Below, in pieces: positions 1 to 9,529 of a DNA stretch of 38,904 nt. Source of the stretch: a virus (Duplodnaviria; Caudoviricetes); IMG/VR virus record IMGVR_UViG_3300005323_000029, positions 1 to 38,904 of that record, one strand, 5' to 3'. Positions within the stretch are counted from its first letter, which is position 1. Each line of letters begins with the position of its first letter. A model generated the notes under the pieces. It ran no database searches. It was not told the origin of the DNA and saw only the letters and a program-made list of their open reading frames with translations. A program made the translations under genes and the position numbers.

Positions 1-123
1 AGGAATTATTTATGACACAATTTTCAATGATTAGAGATACAAGTGGATATAATAGTTTTGCCTTAGAATTTTCTCAGCAAAATTATTCAGCTATTTTAAG
101 TGTTGGTGTTGCTCAAAGTTTAA
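1..123. repeat. 123-bp terminal direct repeat, copy 1 (circularisation overlap)
   Basis: 1-123 is identical to 38782-38904 and cuts through the ORF at 12..350. Confidence 0.95.
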
Positions 124-350
124 CTATTCCTGGGAATGCAAGTAAATATGTTTGTGTATTTACGATTGAATCTGGAGCTGATGTTTGGGTTGCAAATAAT
201 GCGACGGCAGCATATCCAGCAGGAACAATGGCAGCTTCTAATTCTGTAATGAATCCGGCTGCTAGATTTGTTAAGGCGGGAGATGTTTTGAGCTTTATTG
301 CTCAAAACACTAATGCAAGCATTTCTATTGCTCTATATGCAATATCATAA
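12..350 (+). CDS. putative virion/tail-associated protein
   Basis: 112-aa beta-rich ORF with AGGA RBS; follows the tail-collar gene across the circular junction. Confidence 0.55.
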   Translation: MTQFSMIRDTSGYNSFALEFSQQNYSAILSVGVAQSLTIPGNASKYVCVFTIESGADVWVANNATAAYPAGTMAASNSVMNPAARFVKAGDVLSFIAQNTNASISIALYAIS

Positions 351-379
351 ATAAATACTGTTATTAGTATGGAGATATT

Positions 380-703
380 ATGGCTGGATTAATTGGACGT
401 TTTGGAGATTGGTTCCGTGTTTTAGTTACGGGAGCATTTTCTGCGCAATCTGCAGACAGAACATCTCCACCAATATTTGATTATTGGGTAGATGATGCAA
501 ACAATGTTTTTTATGATGATAACAATATTCCTTTCTTTGTCGAATCAGTAATTTCTTTAATTTATTGGGTTGATGATGGAGGAAATGTTTTCATAGACGA
601 TAATGGTGATCCTTTTGAAACTGGAGTGCCACCGCCTTATGATGTTTGGTTTGATGATACTGGTTCGATTTTTATTGACGATCATTATAACGTTTTTGGT
701 TAA
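380..703 (+). CDS. acidic repeat protein (3x W-x-DD-x-G/N-x-x-F-x-DD), probably tail-associated
   Basis: YWVDDANNVFYDD, YWVDDGGNVFIDD, WFDDTGSIFIDD; GGAG RBS. Confidence 0.55.
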   Translation: MAGLIGRFGDWFRVLVTGAFSAQSADRTSPPIFDYWVDDANNVFYDDNNIPFFVESVISLIYWVDDGGNVFIDDNGDPFETGVPPPYDVWFDDTGSIFIDDHYNVFG

Positions 704-731
704 AAATTTTAATTAATTAAAGAGGAAATTT

Positions 732-1796
732 ATGGCAAATTTAACTGCAACAATTATTGAATATCCTTGTGCGAATCTTGCAGCACTTAAGGCTATTGAT
801 ACTACAGGTCGAGGAAACATTCTCGCTGAAGTACAAACTTTGGGAGTATATCAATTAAATCCAACATCTGTTGCTGCTGGTGATGATAGAGATATCGTCG
901 CGCCAACTGTTGGTCCAGGTAGATGGTATCGATTAACATTAGCATCATTGATTACGACTGCTGGTGGTTTGATTGATTCTGCAAGTATTACAGCAACGCC
1001 TTCTTTTACTTCTGAAACGTTGAGTGCAACTACAAATCAATTGGTGTTGGGAACAACTAATACAACTACTGTAAATAGTATAGCTCCTGCTGCATCTAGG
1101 GTTTATTCGATTCAAGATTTAGGTGCCGCTGGTAATGTAGTTTTAGCAGAAGGAACGACTGCTAAAAACATAGCATTTGATATTACTGGATCTACTGATG
1201 CAAAAACAATGACTTTGGTTTCTTCACATACTGATGATCGTTCTATTACTTTCCCAGATGCAACTGGCACCTTAGTAACTTTAGAAAATCCACAGGCATT
1301 TACTGATGCAACAGATGCAACAAATGCAACAACTGCGGCAATAACAACTGCTGGTGGATTAGGTGTTGCTAAGAAATTATATGTAGGTACTGGAATTTAT
1401 GTTCCGACAACTGGTGGAACTGCATCAGAACTTAATTTTTATGAAAAAACCACATTAGCAACTACTTTAACTGGTATTTGGGCTGCAGATCAGGCTATTA
1501 CTTTCAGAATTGAAAGAATTGGTTCGACTGTAACTATTTCTTGGGATGGTACTGTAGCTGCTGTTAATGCTGCTGCTACTGTTACAATTAATGATGCATT
1601 TTTAGCAAGATTTAGACCAAGTGCAAATATGTATATTCCAATTGGTGTATTAGATAATAGTGTAGAAACATCTGGCTGGTGTGTATTTACAGCAGCGACA
1701 GGATTGATGGTTTTCTCTGTAGGTGCATTTGCCAATTACACTAATGCTAATAATGGTGGAATTTTAGGTGGAAGTATTTCATTTACACAAACCTAA
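732..1796 (+). CDS. putative tail fibre / receptor-binding protein
   Basis: Thr/Ala/Gly-rich; N-terminal DD..IV.P..GPGRW motif; C-terminal module paralogous to 1809..4538. Confidence 0.7.
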   Translation: MANLTATIIEYPCANLAALKAIDTTGRGNILAEVQTLGVYQLNPTSVAAGDDRDIVAPTVGPGRWYRLTLASLITTAGGLIDSASITATPSFTSETLSATTNQLVLGTTNTTTVNSIAPAASRVYSIQDLGAAGNVVLAEGTTAKNIAFDITGSTDAKTMTLVSSHTDDRSITFPDATGTLVTLENPQAFTDATDATNATTAAITTAGGLGVAKKLYVGTGIYVPTTGGTASELNFYEKTTLATTLTGIWAADQAITFRIERIGSTVTISWDGTVAAVNAAATVTINDAFLARFRPSANMYIPIGVLDNSVETSGWCVFTAATGLMVFSVGAFANYTNANNGGILGGSISFTQT

Positions 1797-1808
1797 TTGG
1801 TAAAATAA

Positions 1809-4538
1809 ATGACTGGTACAATAGAATTAGAATTTGATGGAGGGATAAAACAATATACTACAGACGAGGAAGGTTTTCACTTTGCTTTAGCTGAAAACAT
1901 AGTTAGCTTGGGCAATTCTATAAATGTAGATATTAGTAATTATCCTTTTATCAATCTTTCTACTTCGGGTCAAAATGCTCCGGCTAATTTAATTCAGGTT
2001 CAGGATAGTATAGATGCTTGGACTGATGATACCGGAGCAGTTTTTACAGACGATTCTGGAAGTGTTTTTGAACAAGCAATTGTTTCTCCTTCTTATTTAA
2101 CTTTTGTAACTGGAAGTTCTGGTTATCAGCAGGTTTATGTTGATTCTGCTGATTTAATTTATGATCCTGCAACAAACACATTAACTGCCTTTATATTTAA
2201 AGGAAATTTACAAGGAAATGCAGATACAGCGACTTTATCAGCAAATAGTGAACTTGAAGAAATAACAGAAGCAATTATTTACTGGACAGATGATTTAGGA
2301 AATGTTTTTACTGATGATGCTTTAGACCCTTTTTATGAAGGGGTGATTACAGATTGTTTCCTGTCTTTTGTTCCAATTAATTCTGGATTTCAACCTTTAT
2401 ATGTTGATTCTAGTAATTTAACTTATAATGCTGTCACTAATACTTTAACTGCAGTAAATTTTGTTGGCACTTTTATTGGAACTGCAACCAATGCTGATAA
2501 TGTTAAGATAACAGATGATACTACTACCAATGCTACAATGTATATTCCTTGGTTTACTACTAACACTGGATATTTACCAACATATGTTTCTAGTTCTAAA
2601 TTAACATTTAATCCTTTTAGTGGAACGTTAACTGCTCAAAATTTAAATCTTCCAACTACTTCTGGTCCAGATGGTCAATTAAAAGTTAATAATACAACAC
2701 AGCTTCATTTTTACGGTACGAGAAATATATTTTTAGGTCAAGGATCAGGTAATTTTACTCTGACTCCAGCTTCTGCCTTTGATAATATTGGCATTGGTTT
2801 ACAAACTTTAAGATCTTTAACTACAGGACCATATAATATTGCAATTGGCAGTGGTTCTTGTTTTGCAATAACAACTGGAAATGAAAATACTGCTATTGGC
2901 GAATCTACTTTAGCTCAATTAATTTCAGGAGTAAGAAATCTAACGTTAGGAGCGTTTGCTGGATTTAGTTATACAGGTTCAGAATCATCAAATATTTGCC
3001 TTGAAAACACAGGTGTTGTTGGTGAGAGCAATGTAATACGTATTGGAACACCTGGAACAGGAACAGGATTACAGAACAAAGCTTACATGGCTGGTATTTA
3101 TGGTGTTACGCCCAGTTCTGCAACAACACAGATTGCAATTATTAGTGATGGGCATCAATTGGGTTCAGCTGCAACTGTTCCGGCAAGTAATATAACTATT
3201 ACGGATGATGTAACTACAAATGCTTCGATGAATTTGACTTGGGTAAATGGGAATAGTGGAAATTTGCCTGTATATGTTTCTAGCACAAAACTTAATTTCA
3301 ATCCTAGTACAGGAACGTTAACTCCTCAGAATTTAAATCTTCCTTTAACTACCACTACAACTGGTTTTATAACCATAAATAATAATATAGTTTTTAGTGC
3401 TTATGGAACCGCTCCGGGATTGTCACCACAAAATCTGTTTGTGGGTTTTCTGTGTGGTAATACTACTTTAAATACTTCTACCGCTGTTGTTAATTTTGCT
3501 TTTGGTGGAGCATGTTTAAGATCACTTACAACAGGAAATAGAAATAATACTTTTGGAAGTAATGGATTAGAATTATTAACTACTGGTGCATATAATTTAG
3601 CTGCTGGATATAATCCTTTATCTTTGTTATTAACTGGAAGTTATAATACAGCTATTGCTGGATTTAGAGCTGGAGTAAATTATACTAGTAATGAATCTTC
3701 CAATGTATTGCTTGGTAGTGAGGGAGTTACCGGTGACAACAATATCATGCGGTTAGGTACTCATGGAACTGGTAATGGCCAACAAAATGCATGTTATATT
3801 GCTGGTATTTATAATACATCAGTTGGAGCAACAGCTGGTGTAGTATTGTCTGATAGTACTCATAAATTAGGTGGATTAGCTGGAGTCGCTGGAACTGTAT
3901 TTATAGGTGGTACATCTCCTAGTTTTACCGCTACACCATCAATAACTTCATTAACAACTACAGGTACTACAGAAGCAACTATAGGTGGTGCTGGAACTAT
4001 TACTACTGCTGGTGGTATATATGCAACTAAAGCAATAATTAATGGTTCGACAACAGATGCTAGTTCTATAACTACTGGAGCATTCATAACACCTGGTGGA
4101 GCTGCTGTAGGTAAGAAGCTATATGTAGGAACTGGTATATATTTACCAACGAGTGGTGGTACAGCTGCTCAATTAGATTATTATGCTAAGACAACACATT
4201 CAACGACATTGACTGGAGTTTGGGCAAGCGATCAAAACATAGCATTCTACTTACAAAGGATAGATGGTTTTGTTGATATGACTTGGCACAATGTTTATAC
4301 TACGGCAAATACTGCTGCGGTAATTACTGTCGTAGATGCTTTGCCTGTAGGATTTAGACCAGCAGCAGATGCTTACTTTACCATATGCACCATTAGTAGT
4401 GGTGCCAATCAAGTTGGTACAATGAAAATAACTTCAGCTGGAGTAATAACTATTTATAATGGAACAACGTTTGGTAATTTCTCTGGTGTTGGATTTTGCG
4501 GACCATTAGGTGGTGGAGTAACTTTTGGAACTCAATAA
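1809..4538 (+). CDS. long tail fibre / adhesin-like protein
   Basis: 909 aa, G/T/N-rich; NTAIG-type beta repeats; internal duplication; lies before the lysis cassette. Confidence 0.75.
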   Translation: MTGTIELEFDGGIKQYTTDEEGFHFALAENIVSLGNSINVDISNYPFINLSTSGQNAPANLIQVQDSIDAWTDDTGAVFTDDSGSVFEQAIVSPSYLTFVTGSSGYQQVYVDSADLIYDPATNTLTAFIFKGNLQGNADTATLSANSELEEITEAIIYWTDDLGNVFTDDALDPFYEGVITDCFLSFVPINSGFQPLYVDSSNLTYNAVTNTLTAVNFVGTFIGTATNADNVKITDDTTTNATMYIPWFTTNTGYLPTYVSSSKLTFNPFSGTLTAQNLNLPTTSGPDGQLKVNNTTQLHFYGTRNIFLGQGSGNFTLTPASAFDNIGIGLQTLRSLTTGPYNIAIGSGSCFAITTGNENTAIGESTLAQLISGVRNLTLGAFAGFSYTGSESSNICLENTGVVGESNVIRIGTPGTGTGLQNKAYMAGIYGVTPSSATTQIAIISDGHQLGSAATVPASNITITDDVTTNASMNLTWVNGNSGNLPVYVSSTKLNFNPSTGTLTPQNLNLPLTTTTTGFITINNNIVFSAYGTAPGLSPQNLFVGFLCGNTTLNTSTAVVNFAFGGACLRSLTTGNRNNTFGSNGLELLTTGAYNLAAGYNPLSLLLTGSYNTAIAGFRAGVNYTSNESSNVLLGSEGVTGDNNIMRLGTHGTGNGQQNACYIAGIYNTSVGATAGVVLSDSTHKLGGLAGVAGTVFIGGTSPSFTATPSITSLTTTGTTEATIGGAGTITTAGGIYATKAIINGSTTDASSITTGAFITPGGAAVGKKLYVGTGIYLPTSGGTAAQLDYYAKTTHSTTLTGVWASDQNIAFYLQRIDGFVDMTWHNVYTTANTAAVITVVDALPVGFRPAADAYFTICTISSGANQVGTMKITSAGVITIYNGTTFGNFSGVGFCGPLGGGVTFGTQ

Positions 4539-4550
4539 TTGGAATAATTT

Positions 4551-5009
4551 ATGGCAGAATTTGATATTGCGATAAAAAAAGTTCTAGCTTCAGAAGGTGG
4601 TTATTCTAATGATCCAGATGACCATGGCGGAGCAACTCGTTGGGGAATTTCTCAAAAATCTTTTCCTGATATAGACATTAAAAATCTAACTTTAGATGCT
4701 GCTAAACAAATTTATCATCAATGTTATTGGGAAAAAATCAGGGGTGATCAGATAGAAAATCAATTGCTTTGCGATAAAATATTTGATTTATCTGTGAATA
4801 TAGGAATTTCAAGAATTACTAAGATGGTACAAAGAATTGTAGGAACAGAACCTGATGGTATAATGGGCCCTAAGACGATACATGCTATTAATGCATATGA
4901 CCCTAAAGAATTACTAGAGAAGATTAGACAAGCTGCTAGACAGTATTATGATAGTTTACATCAGCCAAAATTTATACACGGGTGGTTATTACGTTTAGCG
5001 AGGGATTGA
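4551..5009 (+). CDS. endolysin, glycoside hydrolase family 108 with C-terminal peptidoglycan-binding motif
   Basis: EGGYSNDPDDHGGATRWGI catalytic motif; C-terminal FIHGWLLR. Confidence 0.92.
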   Translation: MAEFDIAIKKVLASEGGYSNDPDDHGGATRWGISQKSFPDIDIKNLTLDAAKQIYHQCYWEKIRGDQIENQLLCDKIFDLSVNIGISRITKMVQRIVGTEPDGIMGPKTIHAINAYDPKELLEKIRQAARQYYDSLHQPKFIHGWLLRLARD

Positions 5010-5266
5010 TGACTGATAAACAAAAACAAATAGGGTATTTAGAAGATACTCAAGGAGGAAAATCTTCTAAAAGACTTTTTGGCGCTATTTTATTAACTTT
5101 TGGTATGGTTATGACAGCAATTTTATTTTATGTATCAATAGTTAATCCTGATTCATCTTACAATACTTCTAAAGATTTGATTGAAGCATGTTTCTTTAGT
5201 GGCGCGAGTTTACTTGGCATAGGTGTCTGCGAGAACTTTTTTCATAATAGGAGTCCCAAACAATGA
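5009..5266 (+). CDS. putative holin (2 TM helices)
   Basis: Two hydrophobic segments after SSKR; ATG at 5009 overlaps the endolysin TGA (ORF track starts at 4982). Confidence 0.65.
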   Translation: MTDKQKQIGYLEDTQGGKSSKRLFGAILLTFGMVMTAILFYVSIVNPDSSYNTSKDLIEACFFSGASLLGIGVCENFFHNRSPKQ

Positions 5267-5478
5267 TTATGATATCACTAATATCTGGTTTTATTGCATT
5301 GTTAGTTGTTATATTTATTTATTTTTATGGTTTGCTCCGAGGCCGAGAAAAAGCGTTGCTTGAAACTACTCAAGATAATTTGAAAGCAGTTTATAATGTT
5401 AAACAAACAGAAACTAAACTTGCAACTGATAGTGAAGAAAAAGTAAAGGAACGACTTCAGAAATATACAAGAGATTAA
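5263..5478 (+). CDS. putative i-spanin (Rz-like)
   Basis: N-terminal TM followed by a helical soluble domain; precedes a lipoprotein. Confidence 0.65.
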   Translation: MIMISLISGFIALLVVIFIYFYGLLRGREKALLETTQDNLKAVYNVKQTETKLATDSEEKVKERLQKYTRD

Positions 5479-5479
5479 T

Positions 5480-5698
5480 ATGAAATATAAAATTATTATT
5501 TTGTTGATATTAACAATATGTTTGACTGGATGTGTTACCAATACTAAGTATGTTGATTCTTTTTGTTTGTGGGCAACTCCAATTACTCTTACAAAACATG
5601 AAGTAGCTACAATGAGTATAGAATCTTTGAGGCAAATCGATGTTTTCAATACTGTTTATGAAACTAGATGCGTAGCTAAGTACGAGGATTTAGACTGA
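5480..5698 (+). CDS. putative o-spanin lipoprotein (Rz1-like)
   Basis: Signal peptide II with LTGC lipobox, additional Cys residues, lysis-cassette position. Confidence 0.7.
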   Translation: MKYKIIILLILTICLTGCVTNTKYVDSFCLWATPITLTKHEVATMSIESLRQIDVFNTVYETRCVAKYEDLD

Positions 5699-5889
5699 TG
5701 TGGCAACAAATACATACTATATGGGTAGAGCTAGGTGCCCCGAGCATTATATCTGCGCTCAACGCAGCGTCTCTTGCATTCTTTGCCAGAAAAATCCTAA
5801 CCGCTGCTAGTAAAGAAGATGTACAACAAGAAATAGATCTTAAAATTGCACTTATCTCTTATCGTCTAGATAAGTTAGAGAAGAAGTAA
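5698..5889 (+). CDS. small hypothetical protein, possibly membrane-associated
   Basis: TGATG coupling with upstream gene; hydrophobic stretch. Confidence 0.5.
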   Translation: MWQQIHTIWVELGAPSIISALNAASLAFFARKILTAASKEDVQQEIDLKIALISYRLDKLEKK

Positions 5890-5900
5890 ATTCTTTACAT

Positions 5901-5981
5901 TGGTCTCAGGAGGCAGGACTCGAACCTGCGACGATAGAGGCAACGAGTGCCTTAGGCTCTACCAACTGATTTACTCCTGAG
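5901..5981 (-). tRNA. non-canonical tRNA-like gene (no assignable anticodon)
   Basis: Minus strand: CTCAGGAG/CTCCTGAG acceptor + A-CCA; T arm GCAGG-TTCGAGT-CCTGC; D loop AGTTGGTA; aberrant anticodon arm. Confidence 0.8.
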
Positions 5982-6168
5982 GTTTTTTCTTCCAAGTAGT
6001 TTTATTTTCTTTATTATCTTCTTTTAGATGTTCTTTGAGTAAATCTTCAAAGTTATGATATTTTTGACGAACTGGAGAATTACATTTATCACAGTTTTTA
6101 ATGATTTTCCCGGTACGAATAAAACCAGTCCCACTACATATTTTACATTTCATTTTTGGCATTGACAT
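5971..6168 (-). CDS. small Zn-ribbon protein (DnaJ-like CxxCxGxG)
   Basis: CKICSGTG...CDKC. Confidence 0.55.
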   Translation of the reverse strand: MSMPKMKCKICSGTGFIRTGKIIKNCDKCNSPVRQKYHNFEDLLKEHLKEDNKENKTTWKKKPQE

Positions 6169-6338
6169 AATTTAGTACTTTTCTTGCATTTCTTACAAAT
6201 CTTAGTTTTTCCTGCTTCATGTTGTTTTACTATGGTTTTAGCGAGAGCAAGAGGAGTTTTAGCTTTCTTTATTGCGGCAAAACGAGCTTTGGTACCGTGT
6301 TCTTTTAACTCCGACTTAATCATTGATTTCTTTTTCAT
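6150..6338 (-). CDS. small basic hypothetical protein
   Basis: Lys-rich ORF with C-terminal Cys cluster; operon context. Confidence 0.5.
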   Translation of the reverse strand: MKKKSMIKSELKEHGTKARFAAIKKAKTPLALAKTIVKQHEAGKTKICKKCKKSTKLCQCQK

Positions 6339-6349
6339 ATATTTAAATC

Positions 6350-6574
6350 CTATTCGTTATCTATCTGCCTATAATTCCAAAATATGCATCCAAATTTATC
6401 TGCATAATCCATATCTATAACAACAACTGGACATTTATTTTTAGGTACATAATTTTTATAATAACTATTAGCACAAGTTTTGCAACTAAACTTATTTTTT
6501 GCTATATCGATTAATTCTTCTTCTGTTACTAGCAAAAGAGGTCTGTTTTTTCCACTTAAATCTGTCATTTCCAT
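6350..6574 (-). CDS. hypothetical protein (CxxC...C...C)
   Basis: ORF in the leftward operon. Confidence 0.5.
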   Translation of the reverse strand: MEMTDLSGKNRPLLLVTEEELIDIAKNKFSCKTCANSYYKNYVPKNKCPVVVIDMDYADKFGCIFWNYRQIDNE

Positions 6575-6598
6575 ATTTTATGACTCACAATTTATGTT

Positions 6599-6874
6599 TT
6601 AATTTTCGTCGTCAAAGAAATCCTTGTGTTTTACCATTTTTACTTTTATGAATTCTTCATCATCTGGAGCATGCTTTTGTAATTGACATTCAAAATGAAA
6701 GATAAGAAAATTTAGTGCATCAGCTAATGCTTCTCTTTCTCCTTTGTCAGCATCAAAGTATTCAGTATCATAAGTAAAAGCAGTTTCTCTAGTTATGAAA
6801 TTATCTTCTTCTAATTCTTCTATATATACTAAGAGGAAGCCATTCTCTATTTTACGAATTTCTATTGGAGTCAT
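6599..6874 (-). CDS. hypothetical acidic protein
   Basis: Likely start MTPIEIRK in ATGA overlap with the upstream gene (ORF track start 6895). Confidence 0.55.
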   Translation of the reverse strand: MTPIEIRKIENGFLLVYIEELEEDNFITRETAFTYDTEYFDADKGEREALADALNFLIFHFECQLQKHAPDDEEFIKVKMVKHKDFFDDEN

Positions 6875-7176
6875 TTCTTTTTTTCTTCCCCACAATCATC
6901 TATTTCGTGACAAAATTGGATAGTATATATAAGGTATTTTTTATCTAATGGTATATCAACATATTCGATACATCTAATTTGTATTTCTTCTGTATTTGAC
7001 GCTGAACAATAACTATAAAATGGTGAGAAATCTTTATCAAGATCATTTACTTTAATAATTAAGTTTTTTCCCCTTGGTTTTAAAGTGATTCCAAGAAGTT
7101 CTAATTTGTTGGTTACCATTGCTATACAATCATATACGTAACAAGCGAGTAATTGTAACTTGTTATTAGGTTTCAT
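6871..7176 (-). CDS. hypothetical protein
   Basis: ATGA-coupled on both sides. Confidence 0.55.
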   Translation of the reverse strand: MKPNNKLQLLACYVYDCIAMVTNKLELLGITLKPRGKNLIIKVNDLDKDFSPFYSYCSASNTEEIQIRCIEYVDIPLDKKYLIYTIQFCHEIDDCGEEKKK

Positions 7177-7343
7177 TTTTTTTTCTTAACTTTTTTTGGT
7201 AATCCTATGGTTTTGGTAGTTGCAAAGTCATGTAATTGACTTTTACTCATTTTGAGAAGTCCTTTGTTTCTCTTGTAAAGTTTCTTAGGTTCGTGTTCAG
7301 CTATGGCCATTACCACTCTCTGAGACTTTGATTTTGCTGGCAT
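7173..7343 (-). CDS. DUF3008-like small basic protein (56 aa, not in ORF track)
   Basis: Hand translation MPAKSKSQRVVMAIAEHEPKKLYKRNKGLLKMSKSQLHDFATTKTIGLPKKVKKKK; MPAKSKxQ...MS..L..FA.TK..GLP pattern; coupled to both neighbours. Confidence 0.65.
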   Translation of the reverse strand: MPAKSKSQRVVMAIAEHEPKKLYKRNKGLLKMSKSQLHDFATTKTIGLPKKVKKKK

Positions 7344-7344
7344 A

Positions 7345-7674
7345 TTATTTGCTCCTTTTTGTTTTAGTAGCTTTATGTTCTATAAAATGCACGCCTTTGA
7401 TAGGTTTAGATTCTTTCTTAAGAGCTATTTTATGCGCAACTTTATATTTTTTACCTTTATCCATTTCCTTTAATTCAGCTTCTTCATGGCGTTCGGTTCT
7501 TTTAATTAAATGTTTAGGAAGATTAGCTCGAACTTCTATAGTTTTTATTTTACGGAATTTATTGGGTTTTGCAGCATCTTTATTCATTCCTTCCCAAACA
7601 CGTCCTTTTTTGTCACGCATTTTATTTTTTGGTTCAAGTAATACTTTTACGACCTTAACCTTCTTTGCTTTCAT
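7345..7674 (-). CDS. basic hypothetical protein (HExxE...Y..AH motif)
   Basis: Lys-rich; RHEEAE...KYKVAHKIA. Confidence 0.55.
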   Translation of the reverse strand: MKAKKVKVVKVLLEPKNKMRDKKGRVWEGMNKDAAKPNKFRKIKTIEVRANLPKHLIKRTERHEEAELKEMDKGKKYKVAHKIALKKESKPIKGVHFIEHKATKTKRSK

Positions 7675-7863
7675 TATTTTTATTCCTACCTAATATTTCT
7701 GCGACAAATTCAAGACAGTCTTCTGTGGCTTTGCTTGGATGTTGTTCATCTTTTTGGAATGCAGTCCAAACATTGTTATAAAAAACTACATATCCATTGG
7801 AAATACATATTATTTTTAGTTCCACGTTAATTTACTCTTTATTAGTAATAATATTATTTTAGG

Positions 7864-8319
7864 CTAATTTTCTTGCTTATCAAGTTTTCTTTCCAGTTTT
7901 TCAAATAGCTTTATAAAGTCATTTTTTAAAAGAATTTCTATTAAGATATCTAAACTTTTAACATCGAACCTTCTTTTAGCTTGATGCATAGCACTAGTAA
8001 CAGAATTGAATTGGACATTAAATTTTTCTGCTATCGTGTTATTTTTCAATCCTTTAATTTTCCAATATATATACTTAGCTTCTTTGTATTGCATATAGTA
8101 TGTATTATCTAGATTAGGAAATTTTAGTGTTTCTGTTATTCTATACTTACATGCTTCAGCCATTTTTTTATTCTTTTCAATTCTCCTTTTGTCTCGATAA
8201 TCTTTGTATTGTAATTCCTGTATAGTTATCTTGTACGACAATAAATTCTTAAGAATAATATCATCGTAGATTTTTGGAGTAGCGTCACATGTATGTGTTG
8301 AACTATAGTAACTATCCAT
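7864..8319 (-). CDS. putative LuxR-type HTH regulator
   Basis: EAKYIYWKIKGLKNNTIAEKFNVQFNSVTSAMHQAKRRFDVKS resembles the LuxR C-terminal HTH. Confidence 0.55.
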   Translation of the reverse strand: MDSYYSSTHTCDATPKIYDDIILKNLLSYKITIQELQYKDYRDKRRIEKNKKMAEACKYRITETLKFPNLDNTYYMQYKEAKYIYWKIKGLKNNTIAEKFNVQFNSVTSAMHQAKRRFDVKSLDILIEILLKNDFIKLFEKLERKLDKQEN

Positions 8320-8329
8320 ATTTACCTCT

Positions 8330-8767
8330 CTAGAACGGCATGTCTAAGTTGCTATCCACTATACCGTCTGTTGGCAATGATGTTTGTTGTCCTTTGCGTA
8401 TAAACTCTTGAATACAATTAGCATCTTTTTGATCTTTCTTTGAAAAGTAATGACCAATTTTACCTAGTAGTTTAATTCCATTAAGTAAAGTAACATCAAA
8501 TTTCTCTAAATCGAACCATTCTGGATGACAGACAGCGGAAAATAATTGGTGACGTTTTTTTATTGCGTTTAAATCTGATGAATCATGAAACCATTCGGTA
8601 AGTAATAATGTTCCTTCTGATTTAGCGTCAACAATAAATTCTATAATCATAGCTTCATTACCTTCTTTTTCATATCTTTTAGCTTTATTTATTTCTAATT
8701 CATAAATTCCATCATTAACTAAACTGCATATCTTGCGATGTTTGTAAGTAATAATATTATTATTCAT
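8330..8767 (-). CDS. putative ssDNA-binding protein (DUF669-like)
   Basis: DGIYEL.I..A N-terminus; SSB-like C-terminal LDMPF; same operon as the Sak4-like ATPase. Confidence 0.65.
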   Translation of the reverse strand: MNNNIITYKHRKICSLVNDGIYELEINKAKRYEKEGNEAMIIEFIVDAKSEGTLLLTEWFHDSSDLNAIKKRHQLFSAVCHPEWFDLEKFDVTLLNGIKLLGKIGHYFSKKDQKDANCIQEFIRKGQQTSLPTDGIVDSNLDMPF

Positions 8768-8857
8768 TGTTTATTCTCCTATTTTATTAATGTTTTTTTA
8801 ATTTTTAAACCAATTTATTCTAGAGATTTTTATATTCCTTCGTAAATGTTTTCATTT

Positions 8858-9529
8858 TTATTTATTTGCATGATATTTTTTACGTGCTTCGCTCATTTTC
8901 TTTTTAGTTTCTTCCGTGTGTTTTTTGCCTAACCAATTCTTGTTTCCTTTCATTATTTTACTCATCTTTTTCTTAGATTCTTCAGAATGCTTTTTACCTA
9001 ACCAAATTTTATTTCCTATGTGAGCTAAACTTAATTTCTTTCTGGTTTCTTTACTAGTAGGCTTTCTTAATTTTTGAGCTAAACTCATTTTCTTTTTAGC
9101 TTCTTCGGTATGTTTTTTACCTGTATTAATCAAACTTAATTTTTTCTTTTGTTCTTCACTTAATGGTTTTTTCTTCTTACCTTTTATAGCCAAGCTTATT
9201 TTCAACTTAGTCTCTTCAATAAGCTTCTGACCGGTATTTCCTCTATGCCTTCCCTTTTTAACCATATCTTGCATATTGTCTTTATAAGTCCCAAGCCACA
9301 AATGTTGGGGCGCGATACACTTTTTGTTATCACAACTATGACATACGCACATATCTTCAGGAATTTCTCCTTTATAGAGAAGATAAGAAAATCTATGGGA
9401 TAACCAATTTTTTCCTTTATACCTAAAAATTCCATATCCTAGTGGAAGCGTTGCTCCTTCCCACTCCCAACAACCATTTTTTTTATCAAAGTGTTTTTCA
9501 AATCTTATTTTATCTTTTTCTGTGATCAT
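8858..9529 (-). CDS. HNH homing endonuclease with NUMOD3 repeats
   Basis: CWEW...HRFSY...VCHSCDNKKCIAPQHLWLGTYKDN; repeated GKKHxEExKKKMS. Confidence 0.92.
   Translation of the reverse strand: MITEKDKIRFEKHFDKKNGCWEWEGATLPLGYGIFRYKGKNWLSHRFSYLLYKGEIPEDMCVCHSCDNKKCIAPQHLWLGTYKDNMQDMVKKGRHRGNTGQKLIEETKLKISLAIKGKKKKPLSEEQKKKLSLINTGKKHTEEAKKKMSLAQKLRKPTSKETRKKLSLAHIGNKIWLGKKHSEESKKKMSKIMKGNKNWLGKKHTEETKKKMSEARKKYHANK

Noticed and set aside
732-4538. Diversity-generating retroelement acting on fibre tips
   Set aside because: No reverse transcriptase is present, and differences between the paralogous tips are not adenine-specific.
5901-5981. tRNA-Sec, tRNA-Arg(TCG) or attP
   Set aside because: No TCA anticodon, long variable arm or G discriminator for Sec; the TCG reading lacks U33; no integrase seen.
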